Shown here piece by piece: positions 35,901 to 47,386 of a stretch of DNA of 64,000 nucleotides (the stretch's first letter is position 1; every line of letters starts with the position of its first letter). The stretch is from Yuukianura sp. NJ FZ-2021 (Eukaryota): assembly GCA_046563655.1 (NCBI GenBank), contig CM102290.1, positions 4,030,001 to 4,094,000 of the forward strand, read 5' to 3'. The notes beneath the pieces were generated by a model, which ran no database searches, was not told the DNA's origin, and saw only the letters and a list, made by a program, of their open reading frames with translations. The translations under genes were made by a program, and so were the position numbers.

Positions 35901-38320
35901 GAGGATATGTTGTACTATGTATTGCATTTTGGATGAATTCAATATTTCATGTGAACACGAGAACCACTTCGCTGCTGCACCAACTCTCACGCACCAGACT
36001 CTTCTAATACGTTTTGTTTTTTTAAATGAAAGTTTCTACGAAATTACGTCCCTGGATTTCTCTTCTGCACGCCTGGAATTGATTATTATTCTTACATTTC
36101 TTCCAGAAAAGTGTTTCTGATCGCAGTGTATGCTCAAATGTACGACGAGTTTGTTGAGCGTTCTCATGCGGTTGACAATTCCGGAAGCATTTGAAACCAA
36201 TTTCGAATAAATTAGGAATCCAGCAGAATCTCACCATTTTTCGTTTCTGTCAAAACTAGTTTGTGGGGAGGAGAGAAGATGGAATCATAGTTTTTTTTTT
36301 CAAGAGTTTATTGTATCGTGATTCCTGTTTCTTTTTGCAGAGATTATTTCTTATCCAAAATTGGTTTTTTGGAAAGTAATAATGAAATCAGGAGAAATGA
36401 CATGACATGCCATTCACTTTCTTCACTATCTTACCGTGTTTCACTTGTCTATTTCCCTGTGGTCTCAACTTTTTGGGCAACAGAACAAAGTTTCTTGTTC
36501 GTTTTGCGAATAAATGCAGTTTTGAAAAGGAAATCGCTCAATCGCTTTTCCTTTTAGTTCATATGAAAGAGGATTCTTTTAGATTCTATTTTTAAAAAAA
36601 AAATATGAAAGGAAGGCGAGATGGAGTTCTCGCTTGCATGCATCGAACCGTAACGCTAGCAGCAGCATTCAGTACTCGAGTCTTCTAAAACTATTGAGTC
36701 ACTTTCATTACATGGTATGTCTACTGCGAAAAATCCTTTTTTTGAGAAGTTGAGCACGAACATGCGAACTTATTAAATAATTGATCAAGACCGAGAGCAC
36801 CCATTCGCATGCCGAGGTATTACGCCAACTTTTTTTGGACTTTTAGTTTTTTTATTTTTGCGCTACTGGAAGTCCTTCAAGTGCCAATTTTAGCCAAAGT
36901 TCATGAAACCAATTTACTCCACGCATACTCACTACATCCTTACGAAAGACTTTGCAGAGCTTTTGAATACATTGGGGCCAACATTAATGTCAATTGTGTA
37001 AGCAGCGCTTTTTAAAATTTTGAAATTGTTAGTAACCCACTGTGCCATTGATGACGACGGGAAAAGTGAATGGTTCTTAAGTCTGTAGCAAGCTCAAGAC
37101 TACTTCAAGCGTCACTAAAAAAAAGTCTCAGCTAAATGAATGTTGGGGCATATAAGAAACTAATCACTTGTCCATTTCATTTCTTAAATGTTGACCATTT
37201 AAATGCTTGTAATTTCCATGATGAATTGCTTTTTTTCCGTCTTTGCAGAACTTCTCGCCATTTTGTTGATAATTTTTGAAACTACAGTCTTAAGAAAAGT
37301 TGTAAAAGATAAGTGTTGGTGCAATTATTTTGCCATAAATGCTGACTAGCTATGTTTGGCCTGGCTGACAAACAACGTGTGGTGCGAAAGTTTTTCTACT
37401 TTTTTAGCAGTTCCTAACAACTTGACCTCTCTCGAGGCCCCAAAGTGTCACAATTGAATTCTAAAGTCTCCAATTCATAACTTTGAGATCAATATTACAT
37501 AAAGCGAGGCGTGGGCTGTCAATGGCAGTAATTATGTTCCAAAGTCTTTTTTGTTGAAATGGGAGTGTAAACAAAGTTTGAAAGTTTGTTGTACGAAATG
37601 GAAGTTTTTAAAGTGTGAGGTTCATAAATTGTAAAGTTGGGTGTGCTTAAAGTTTAATTTATGAGGGAATGAAGCATGGCCGGGATCGCCTTCATCACCT
37701 CCGTTGCTCCAAATATGAAATATTATGCACAGTGTTCTGCTTAGCAGGAACCAGGGAGTCATTTGGGGTTATCGTCCAAGTCAAGACTAAGTCTGAGTCC
37801 TTAAGTTAAGTTGAGTAAAGTGTCAGTTCCTATGAAACTCCTTTCGTACTTAATCAAGCGTTGATTTTGATTCCATTGGCCATTCCTATTCCCAATCTGT
37901 CTCTCTTGGCCTCTGCTCTTCCCATTGTAATAACGACCTGACAGAAGTGAGTCTGTCAAAAGCAATTCATTCGACTTGGAGCATTTGATTGCATCTTTTG
38001 ATTCATAATTTTGGGCAGAGGAAAGATGAAAATCAAATCTGTGACTTTTGGTAATAGGCTGAACGAGTAGAGAGAATAAGTTTAAATGGAAAGTCAAATG
38101 GGACAAGGTGAAGAATGACAATTGGATTTGAATAGACATAATTTAGTAGTGTAAGATTTTGGCCGTGAAGAACTAATTTATATTTTGGCGTTCGGAAATA
38201 TTAATGTTGATTTTGTATTAGGAGTGACAATGAAAGTTAAGACTAATAGTCTAGGTGGAGATTGGATGTTGCAAAGTATTTGAAGATGCGTAACTAAAAT
38301 TATTCCATTTCTTTCTACTA

Positions 38321-38729
38321 CCCTATTTCACGGCGTATAACGCGCATTCGCGTGTACCACGCGCGGAAATATAACTCATAGGATATAAATAAAAGCGAGA
38401 AATTAAAAGCGAGTCAAAATCGTCGTCAAAATTCACAAAAACCCAAAGAAATCCGAAATCAATGTCTATTTTGATACGAATTCAGATTGAATATTTTCAA
38501 ATTTCGTCACATGGTGATTCATTTAAGGCGGTATTATGCAACTAGGGTATTTCTGGAATATATTTCACAATGGTTAGTTGTGGAATTAGGACGGTTAGGT
38601 TGTACTATTTTGTGAAAATTTTTACTGAAATTCAGAGTTTTTAAAGAATTTTTCGTTTTTATGTTTTGCCTCATGCCTCATGCCACAGAAATAACAGATA
38701 ACGCGCGCACTATACACCGTGAAATAGGG
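38321..38729. mobile_element. Tc1/mariner superfamily (Tc2/pogo-like) MITE, 409 bp
   Basis: TIR CCCTATTTCACGG(C/T)GTATA at both ends (18/19 identity), TA target duplication at 38319-38320 and 38730-38731, no ORF. Confidence 0.85.
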
Positions 38730-41286
38730 TAGTACTTGGAATTCGTGTACTGCAGTTTAGATTTTATGTTATGAAAATGGATGTGATTTTGTATTTCCCA
38801 CGTTGAGGATTTGACTAACTTTCAATTACTGTAACCTCTAATTTGAATTGTTTGAAGAGATGTGGTATCAGAAGTTTCGCAAGGAACCACCATCACCATA
38901 CAAAATGGATTTAAATCAAATATGGGGATTTTGAAGGCCTCTAATTATTTTAAATTCTGCTCAATTGTTTTCCTGTAGAGTGAATTATGGATCTGTGAAT
39001 TAAAGATGGTGGACTTTTGTGTACTTTTTTAAGCTGGTCATGCTCTGAAGAGATCTCAATGACTTTGTTTGATTTAATGAAAATGATTGTTCTCTTTCCA
39101 AAAGGAAGAATGTATAAATAGTCAGCACTTGCATAAATTTTATGATTGATAGAGTTGACATTTACTTTTCCTTTGAGCCGAGACTTATGCACACAATGGA
39201 TTTTATATTTTAAGCGTTCCCGCCGCGGGTTTTGGTTCTAATTTTACTTTTTTGCAGTTTTTGTTCCCCGTTTTGGAAGAATGGCTGGAAGTAGGAAGTG
39301 CACTGACGTCTGAGAACCCTGACCTTGATTTTCATGAATGTCGTAGAATTTTATGATTAATTTTGGGCACAAACTGTAAAAGTTAAAGTCAAGTTGATGT
39401 GTTTTTAATAGCGTATGTGCTTTGGAAAAGAAGGGGGACCTCCCTTGAAATTGAACTTTTTGGTGGAAATGATGTTATTTTTGGATTTTCTGTTGAGTTT
39501 CCAAAGTTGTACTTACTGCGACGGAACTCTATTTGGACAGGTAGGTTTTTTGAAACGTCTATTGTGTTGAATTTTGAAAATGGAATGTAAAAATTTTCAA
39601 ATCCACACTGCTTTGCCGTACCATTGTCCATTGTCAAACACTACTTCCTTGGTTTCCATTTGTTTGAAATGCGAGGCTGTAAATCCTGTGTCGGTAACAA
39701 TGGTTTTTGGGCCCAATTTCTTTTCGTTTTGTCACCATTTCCTCCTTTTTACAATTTGTAATTACTCTTCTTGACATATTAAGCTTTTAAGTAGATTTTA
39801 ATGACAGCGTCCACTTTCTTTGGCTCATCATCTTAACTGAAGTTGTGGCAATGTGTGTGGTTTGAAGTATATGGGAATAATAATTTGAGCATAGGAAAAG
39901 GAGAGTGTTAAATTCCAAAAATTGTTATTTATTTACTAATGTCAAAAGGGAATAGATGAGGATTAAAGTTTTTATTGTGCGGAAAGTAGTGGGAGACGGA
40001 TCGGAGAAGACAGAGTGGACGTGAGGAGGCGTGGTGTCATGTAAAATGGCAACCACCTATTATTGCAAATTGCAGTAGAAAATGATTGCAACAGGGAAAT
40101 TTTGAATTTGAAGCTTAGGAGAAGAGAGGATGGAGCGGAAAAATTAAGGAAGATGAAGTTTACAATTTACAAACTGAATACTGCTGTTGGTGAGAAGGGG
40201 GAAGAAGATTTGGCGTTTTGTATTCCTTTTGAAGAGAAGTATTTTTTTCTTGTGGTGAATGTTGATGAAGATTCATGTTCTAGTGTCTGTCCGTTAGGAG
40301 GCAAAGGTGAAGATGAGGAAGAGACTTTGGTTGGGCAGATTACCATTTACAATTTACAATTGTGCAAATTGTGTAGGAATTGAACCGACGACGGAAGGAG
40401 GGAGGATTTGAGTGTTTTTTGGCTTTTGGCAATATCTGCTTGCTCTGTGTGAAGATTTTAGACATTGTTTTACTAGTTGCAAAGTAAAATATATTTCTTG
40501 TGACGGGCATTGTTGACTTGGGTAGTAATTGAAGATGTGTTTAGGCAATAATGGTGGAGGTTTACATTTTGTTTTGTAGGGAAGATGGTGATGAGCAGGT
40601 TACCTAACTGCAACAACAACTTTGAAAAATAGTGAAACTACTCAAGATTCAATAATACGAGTCAAGGGAAGATGAATAATGTGGAAATGATTTCAACTCT
40701 GGTTGATTTATAGGAGTAATTTCCAAATAAGCTGTTCTTATATGTGATCCAAAATTTTGGCATAAGGCTTTTAGGTTGTGACTTGTTTCATAAATCGACT
40801 AAAGTTACAAGGCCAAAATACCTTGAGCTTTTAAAAGGGAAGGTATGGTGCAGATGTTGTAGACATAAATTTTGAAATTCTACGCTCAAATTGTAATTAT
40901 TTATTGTGTTTTTGGATGAAATTAATTAAAAGATTCCTGTGAGATGATGATGTTTTAAATGACATCAACAACCATGTTTTTGGGGGATTGGAGTGACTTT
41001 TTGGAGTGGAGTGAGGTCATAGTTTAACTAGTTCCGAAAAAAAAGAAGCTAAAATGAAATGTGTGAAAATTAAAAGAAGGTGTTAATTTTTTTTCCAGTT
41101 TAAAAAGTGTAGGACACGGCAACTTAAATTTGGAGGCTTTGTGGGCTGGGTTTTTTGTTACTTGAATTTTACGTCCTTTGTTTTGACGTTTTAGTTTTTA
41201 TGCCGTATGTTGAAGTTCTCATGGTTAAGGACACCAAAATTACAAGTACAGTAAAACCCATCATTGTGAAATACGTTTTTCTGTCC

Positions 41287-42440
41287 CAGTGTTAGAAGTT
41301 AAATATTTCACTTTTCAGTGAAAAGTGAAAAAAAACTGAAATTAACTAAAAAACCCTAAACGAAGAAAACCTCCAAGTGAAAGAAACTAAACTAAGGAAA
41401 ACAGCTGTAGTTTATTTAAGTTTTTTTCAATTTTTCAGTTTTTTTTCATATATTTCAGTTTCTTTCACTGAAACGAAATTTTTGCTTTGAGTGAAAGATT
41501 GCCTTAAAAATAGGGGTATTCAATGCTCAATTATTTACAATTATTTTGGTCAAAATTATTTTTTGAACACCCTCCAAAATTAAATTTTCAATTATAATTA
41601 AAAATAATTGACTCTCGTCTCGAGTCAATTATTTCACCCCAAAACCATACGTGGGTATGTTGTTGGTATGTTGTGGGTATGTTGTTGGTATGTTGTGGGT
41701 ATGTTGCGGGTATGTTGTTGGTATGTTGTGGGTATGTTGCGGGTATGTTATTGGTATGTTGTGGGTATATTGTTGGTATGTTGTGGGTATGTTGCTGGTA
41801 TGTTGTGGGTATGTTGTCGGTATGTTGTGTGTATGTTGTGGGTATGTTGTTGGTATGTTGTGGGTATGTTGTGGGTATGTTGTTGGTATGTTGTGGGTAT
41901 GTTGCGGGTATGTTGTTGGTATGTTGTGGGTATGTTGCGGGTATGTTATTGGTATGTTGTGGGTATATCGTTGGTATGTTGTGGGTATGTTGCTGGTATG
42001 TTGTGGGTATGTTGCTGGTATGTTGTGGGTATGTTGTTGGTATGTTGTGTGTATGTTGTGGGTATGTTGCGGGTATGTTGTTGGTATGTTGTGGGTATGT
42101 TGTGGGTATGTTGTGGGTATGTTGTTGGTATGTTGTGTGTATGTTGCGGGTATGTTGTGGGTATGTTGCGGGTATGTTGTTGGTATGTTGTGGGTATGTT
42201 GCGGGTATGTTGTGGGTATGTTGTGGGTATGTTGTGGGTATTTCAGTTTCAGTTAATTTCAATTTTTTCATTTCTTTAAGATGAAACGAAATTTTGCTTT
42301 CCCAACCTAAATTTATGGACTGAAAGAAAACAGCTGTAGTTTCTTTCAGTTTCTTTCAATTTTCAGTTTATTTCATTTATTTCAGTTTCTTTCACTGAAA
42401 CGAAAAAAAAACACCTGACCCTTAAATATATACAACACTG
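41287..42440. mobile_element. Non-autonomous hAT-like element nested in the MITE
   Basis: Termini CAGTGTT...AACACTG; perfect 8-bp target-site duplication TTCTGTCC at 41279-41286 and 42441-42448; internal about 80-bp direct repeats (41397-41478, 42326-42405) and many TTTCAGT/ACTGAAA subterminal motifs. Confidence 0.85.
41651..42241. repeat. 11-bp minisatellite (GGTATGTTGTG and variants), about 54 units
   Basis: Direct reading; variants end in GTG, GTT, GCG or GCT. Explains the four overlapping 201-227 aa ORFs. Confidence 0.97.
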
Positions 42441-43591
42441 TTCTGTCCGTTACTTAATTTCGGGATACGGCGAACTTCAAAAGTTTTTGAAAAAAATTGC
42501 GATTTTAAGCAAACCTAGACTTTTAAAAAAAATGAATCGCTGATTTGAGTTTAGCTTGTTTTACGTTATTAGAAACTTTACGGTAACAACCGAAAAATCT
42601 TCTTTGGCGCGCAATGAGAGGTTTTACTGTATATGGGAATGGCATATTGGCACATGTGACGAAGTACATTTAATTTCAGACGTCTTTTACTATTTTTTTT
42701 TTCTTCTGCAGTCCTTGTTCTAAACAAGATGCTCATTTTCCTCAAGTCCTCAGAACTTCTTTTGTTTCGTTCTAAAAGTTCTAATCAAAAGATTTATGAC
42801 TTTGGCACATAAAATAATGGAGGGAAGAGGATTTCTTCACCTTTGACCTTTATTATTCCGTGGTGTTCTTTTAAGCATGCCGTTCTTACCTCTGATTCTT
42901 TTCTTTTCCCCGGAGAATGTTGTTCTGTTCCACTCAAGCCCAAAAGCACCAAATCAAATTTTATTTCCTTGTCTTATGGGACTTGTGTAATAAATGTACT
43001 CCAAAAGGCTTCTTTTCATTCCTACATCTCCCTAAAAACAATTGATCTTATGTCGGACTTTTGCGTGAGACTAAACAACGCCATATCTCCTCTTCTCATC
43101 CTCTGACCACAAAATCAATCGTTCGTTTTGTTCTTTTTTTAAGTCGAGACTGACCGACATACGTTCTCTGTTGTTCCTAGAAAGTGTAATGGATCTCTGG
43201 ACTTGCCTAATTATCCTCGTGTACCTTACGTTTATTTACTGGAACAACTTCTCACAATGCGTCTGTCCTGCACGACGACGTCTTGAACGAAGGAATGAAG
43301 ACTTTCTCCATTTGAGCCCTCTGACCATTACTTTCACTAGTTCAACTTCTGCCTGACAGCAGACACATTTCCCATTTTGTAATGGCCTACTAAAACTAAG
43401 ACGGTTCATTCAAGAATGTTTTAGGAGGTCGATTCCCATTATTCCCACGGCGACATAGGCCGAAATTACCCCGCTCGGATTTCCTCTCCACGAAAATATT
43501 TGGCTTTGGAACTTGGAACTCCGGAGGCTCAAACGGCCTTGGTGAAGATCACTTCCCGTATTTGAGCTCCAGGGCAGAAGGAGCGGTACTT

Positions 43592-43642
43592 TGGCAGAGG
43601 CACCAAAGTGGCAGAGGCAGAAGCACCAAAGTGGCAGAGGCA
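43592..43642. repeat. Short tandem duplication, 23-bp period
   Basis: GCACCAAAGTGGCAGAGGCA at 43600-43619 and 43623-43642, with a partial copy upstream. Confidence 0.8.
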
Positions 43643-44320
43643 TGATTTTGCAAATTGGCGGGTGATGTGATTGGACGTAATCTCCAATTCCGCCCATTGT
43701 TCCATTGCAGCTCACCTTCAAAGTGCATGTCATTTCTTGAGATCGGATTCACTTCTTTTTTCAAAAGTTGGTAGGAGAGGAGTGGTTGCCAACTGACAAT
43801 GGAAGCAGGAGTAAAATATTGGGCATGATTTTCATTAAGCGGAAGATTATTCGCGAGGCCTTGTTCCCTGTGTGTCCGCAGTTAATAATTAGGAAATAGA
43901 CGTGTAATGGAATCTCAAGACAGATTACTCATCATGTCTTCTTATGTCTCTGAGATGGAGATGAGTCGACGTTCCTTTGTCTTTTTTTTTGTTCATGAGG
44001 TTGAGTGAAGATGAAATATTAAATGGTACAGAGTTCAGGATCTTCCCATTCATTTTTACAACTAATCCATCCACTACTTTACTATGAAAAGTCTAATCGA
44101 GACGAGCTCATTATGCTTGTCATTTATTAAAAGGTTTCCGTGTTATGTTATGAGAGTGGTCATACTACCCTCTTGGCTGTCAAAATTCGTTTGACGCATG
44201 TTTAATAAATTTTGAAACGTTGTTAATAGTCTAAAATTGAAATTCAACTTTCACTGAATGTTGATTGTGAAAATTTTGTTTGTTTGGTTTTTTTTTTTTA
44301 GCTAGAGTGATTTTTTTTAT

Positions 44321-44746
44321 TACAGATGCCCCGAATTTTCGGTCGCTGAATAATTACTTGGCTAATATTGGGAATTTTTAATATTCGGCATATTCGGCTC
44401 CGGTAAATCTGTCGGAATTATCTGGCCAGAAATTAGGCCGAATAATTTGGCCTTTTTTGGCAGTAAATTTCATTGATTTAATATGGAAAATAATAAGAAC
44501 CTAATTTCTCATAAAGAAACTACAAAAAGTATTGGCGAAGGGAGATTATGCTGGGGTTGAACAAATTAAGATTTGTGTTTTTCTCCCGCAAGCGTTGTGT
44601 AGTCAAACCATCCGCAAGTGTCTACATTATTCCGTTTTATCATCTTTCCGAGACAGTATATAATTCGGCCTAATATTCGGCTTATACATTTTCCGAAATT
44701 ATTCAGCTATTCGGCCTTCGGCCATTTCAATATTCGGGCATCTCTA
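44321..44746. mobile_element. hAT (Ac-like) MITE with repeated TATTCGGC subterminal motifs
   Basis: Left TACAGATGCCCCGAAT versus reverse complement of right TAGAGATGCCCGAAT; many ATTCGGC/GCCGAAT copies near both ends; flanks share TTTTTAT (7 of the expected 8 bp, in a T-run). Confidence 0.7.
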
Positions 44747-47246
44747 TTTTTATGTTAACTTAACAAATGAGGAGGAAGAACAAATGTAATGCTGAGATGC
44801 TCCTGATGATTTTTTATGTTGAGGGTGAAATTTGTGAAGTGCAGTACGTACAGGTATTTGATAAGGGGGTTGGTTAGGTTCGTACTTGAGTAAAATGTTG
44901 GACAGTTAACTTATTATGGGTTTGCTTCAAGTTGAGGCTTTCTCATCATTTCTCGTCAAGACAAAAAGTCTATTTTCTTTGTAACGATTGCCACCGCTTG
45001 ACTTAGTTGTGGGGAGACTTGGATTGACTGACTGACCAAATTCGATGGAGAAGTGACACGCTCAGGAAAAGCATTTGTTTTCCCTTTATCTTCCAAATCC
45101 GGCAGAAGTTGAAGGACAGGAAGGAGATTTAGGTGGAATTTCTTGAGGCAGGGTGACCTTACACATGACTCAATGACGAGTGTAGCGTCAGTAGGTGATT
45201 AGATTGCAATCGGCGCAAAAGTTAGGTCAACCTACGTATTACTGTTTTTCTCCGAATTTTCTCGTTTTCCTACCGCAGTCAAAGTCTTAACGAGTTGTGG
45301 ACCACAACTTGTGGTGGAACATATTTTGGAAACTGTAAAACTAGCTTTTGATCATTTGTTTGACAGACTTTGGAAGTGAGTGGGAGTGACGATATGTTAA
45401 TTAAGGAATGGATTCCTGCTATGACATGTCCCTCGACGCTTTCGCTTGATGTCTACGGGGTATTTCTAAACGGTTGTCAAGGACTTTTTGAGAAGTGGGT
45501 ACTTTGTAGCTGGGAATTATTGTTGCCCTGCTGGGTAGTCATCGGACTCTGTGAACATGAATGAAAAGGGCCCAATAGCATGGAGATGCAATTCCGAAAC
45601 GCCCACTACGTGAACAATGGTCTTCTGGAAGAAGCGCATCTCCTGAGCTCAGATAGGAATGACTCCCATTGTTTGTCTGTCCGCTCATCCGAAGGTCGAG
45701 ATCATTTAAACTTGAAGGATCCCACTGGAAATGTACCTTGTTGGACTCTATTCGTAACCGGGCACTAATGTACGGCTACTTTTGAACCGATGTTTGTATG
45801 GACGGTCCAAGGTTGTTTAAATCTAAATTTTGTTTACTTTTTCTTCACAGGTTATGCCATAACTCCTATTCCTGAAAAATTGTCTGTTTGAATTTTTTTT
45901 TTTTTTGAATTTTTGAATTTTTTTTTGTTCTGACCTCACGCCTTATAAAGCAAATGGGATTCCGGATTCGTAAAAAATTCGTACAGCAGTTTTTTTAAGT
46001 AATTTTTTGAAAAAAAGTGAGTTTATGGCTTAACCTATTAGCGCATTTGTATAAATGGGGGCTATAGCAACCTTGTGACGGTCAATAACGGGTTGGTTAG
46101 TTGTGGGCCTTCACTCAAGCACAGTCGCTAATTGACGGTCACCAATGGACTATGCTGATGAAAGTCCACAAGCCACCGTCTAGTTTGACCCGTTTCGCCT
46201 GTTACCGTCATTAGAGTCCGGGACAGGACTGTATTTGATGCTTAGGACTCTGAACCCTAAGTAAAATCTAACCTTAACGTAGTGTAGGAAAAGACTGTAT
46301 CGGAGAGGCGGGGAAGATGAGAGACATATTAAGGTCCCTTAAAGGGCCCTTGGAAATGATCTGAAGACGGAAGGGGCACTTGGTCACAGGAGGGAGGATA
46401 TTGATGGGTTCATCCATCTTCCGAAGGAGACAAAAGCCTTTCCATCTCGCCCTCTTCTGTCACCCTCAAACCTTGTACGTTAAGTTAGCACAGGGTCCAG
46501 TGCTGATGCTGGGCCCTTGGTCTTCCCAGGCCTCTTTAAAAATGGTCAACTTGACAAGTGACAACTTTAGTCACCTTTCCCTAACACTTCTCCGCCCATG
46601 TCCTCCGTCACTGGCCTTAGAGGCCCTTAAGGTCAAAAGGCATAGTCAAAAGTCATCTTTCTTGTGTTTTGTTATCCTTTAAAATGTGTCTACAGCTTCC
46701 AAGAATGACAAAGGGCCTCTGGACAGAGATGTTTTAATCTGCTGGAAGGACTTGGTCAGACTATCTTTCTAACTATTGTAACCGATTTGGAAGCTTTATT
46801 CCTGGTCTGTGACAATGTGTGCCCGAGCATTAAAGTAATCTGTGAATATGCTGTACATCCCGCATCTCCAAACACCTTTTTTACTAACAAGGTTTTCCTT
46901 TCAAAAATCTCTTTTAAACAAGCTAAGCTAAGCTTCAGCCCATTTTTGACTAAATTTTTTGAGAAAGCAGAAACAACGTTGACTTTTTGGAAAGATGTTC
47001 CTTAATCCTGCAAAGTCCTGTTGACTTTTCATAAAAGTGGGCAAGAGGATAATGGGATAACGATCTGGTGTGAGAATCATTTGGAAAATGTGATTTTTTT
47101 TCACTTCTTTTTCTTTTTGGTTAAAAACATGGTTTGAAAACTAGTTTTTTTTTCAATGAAAAGATTATTGTTCCATAACGGATCAACGGATGTGAACTAG
47201 GTGACAAATGAGAGAGAGAAAAAGAGAGGGGGGTGATGGGTTTTTT

Positions 47247-47386
47247 GGGGGTGGGGGGTAACTAATTGTTGCTCGTTCTTAAGAGGTCGAGACTCGCACG
47301 TCCAATTCCCCAGTGGAACATTACTGCACCATGAATCCTCTGATGAACCATCCGAGTTACTGTACAAAACTGTACCCCCCACCCCC
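47247..47386. repeat. Perfect 14-bp GC-rich inverted repeat overlapping a G-quadruplex motif
   Basis: GGGGGTGGGGGGTA (47247-47260) and TACCCCCCACCCCC (47373-47386), 112-nt spacer. Confidence 0.75.

Larger units (their letters stand above)
41249..42629. mobile_element. Tc1/mariner (pogo/Tigger-like) MITE of about 220 bp, interrupted by a nested element
   Basis: TIRs CAGTAAAACCCATCATTGTG (left) and CAGTAAAACCTCTCATTGCG (reverse complement of right); TA flanks at 41247-41248 and 42630-42631. Confidence 0.85.

Noticed and set aside
41651..42241. CRISPR-like array
   Set aside because: Contiguous 11-bp units with no unique spacers, no cas genes, eukaryotic context.
41588..42284. Four 201-227 aa ORFs (Cys/Gly/Val-rich or Thr/Pro/His-rich)
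   Set aside because: By-products of a stop-free 11-bp minisatellite inside a transposon; no domain or splice context.
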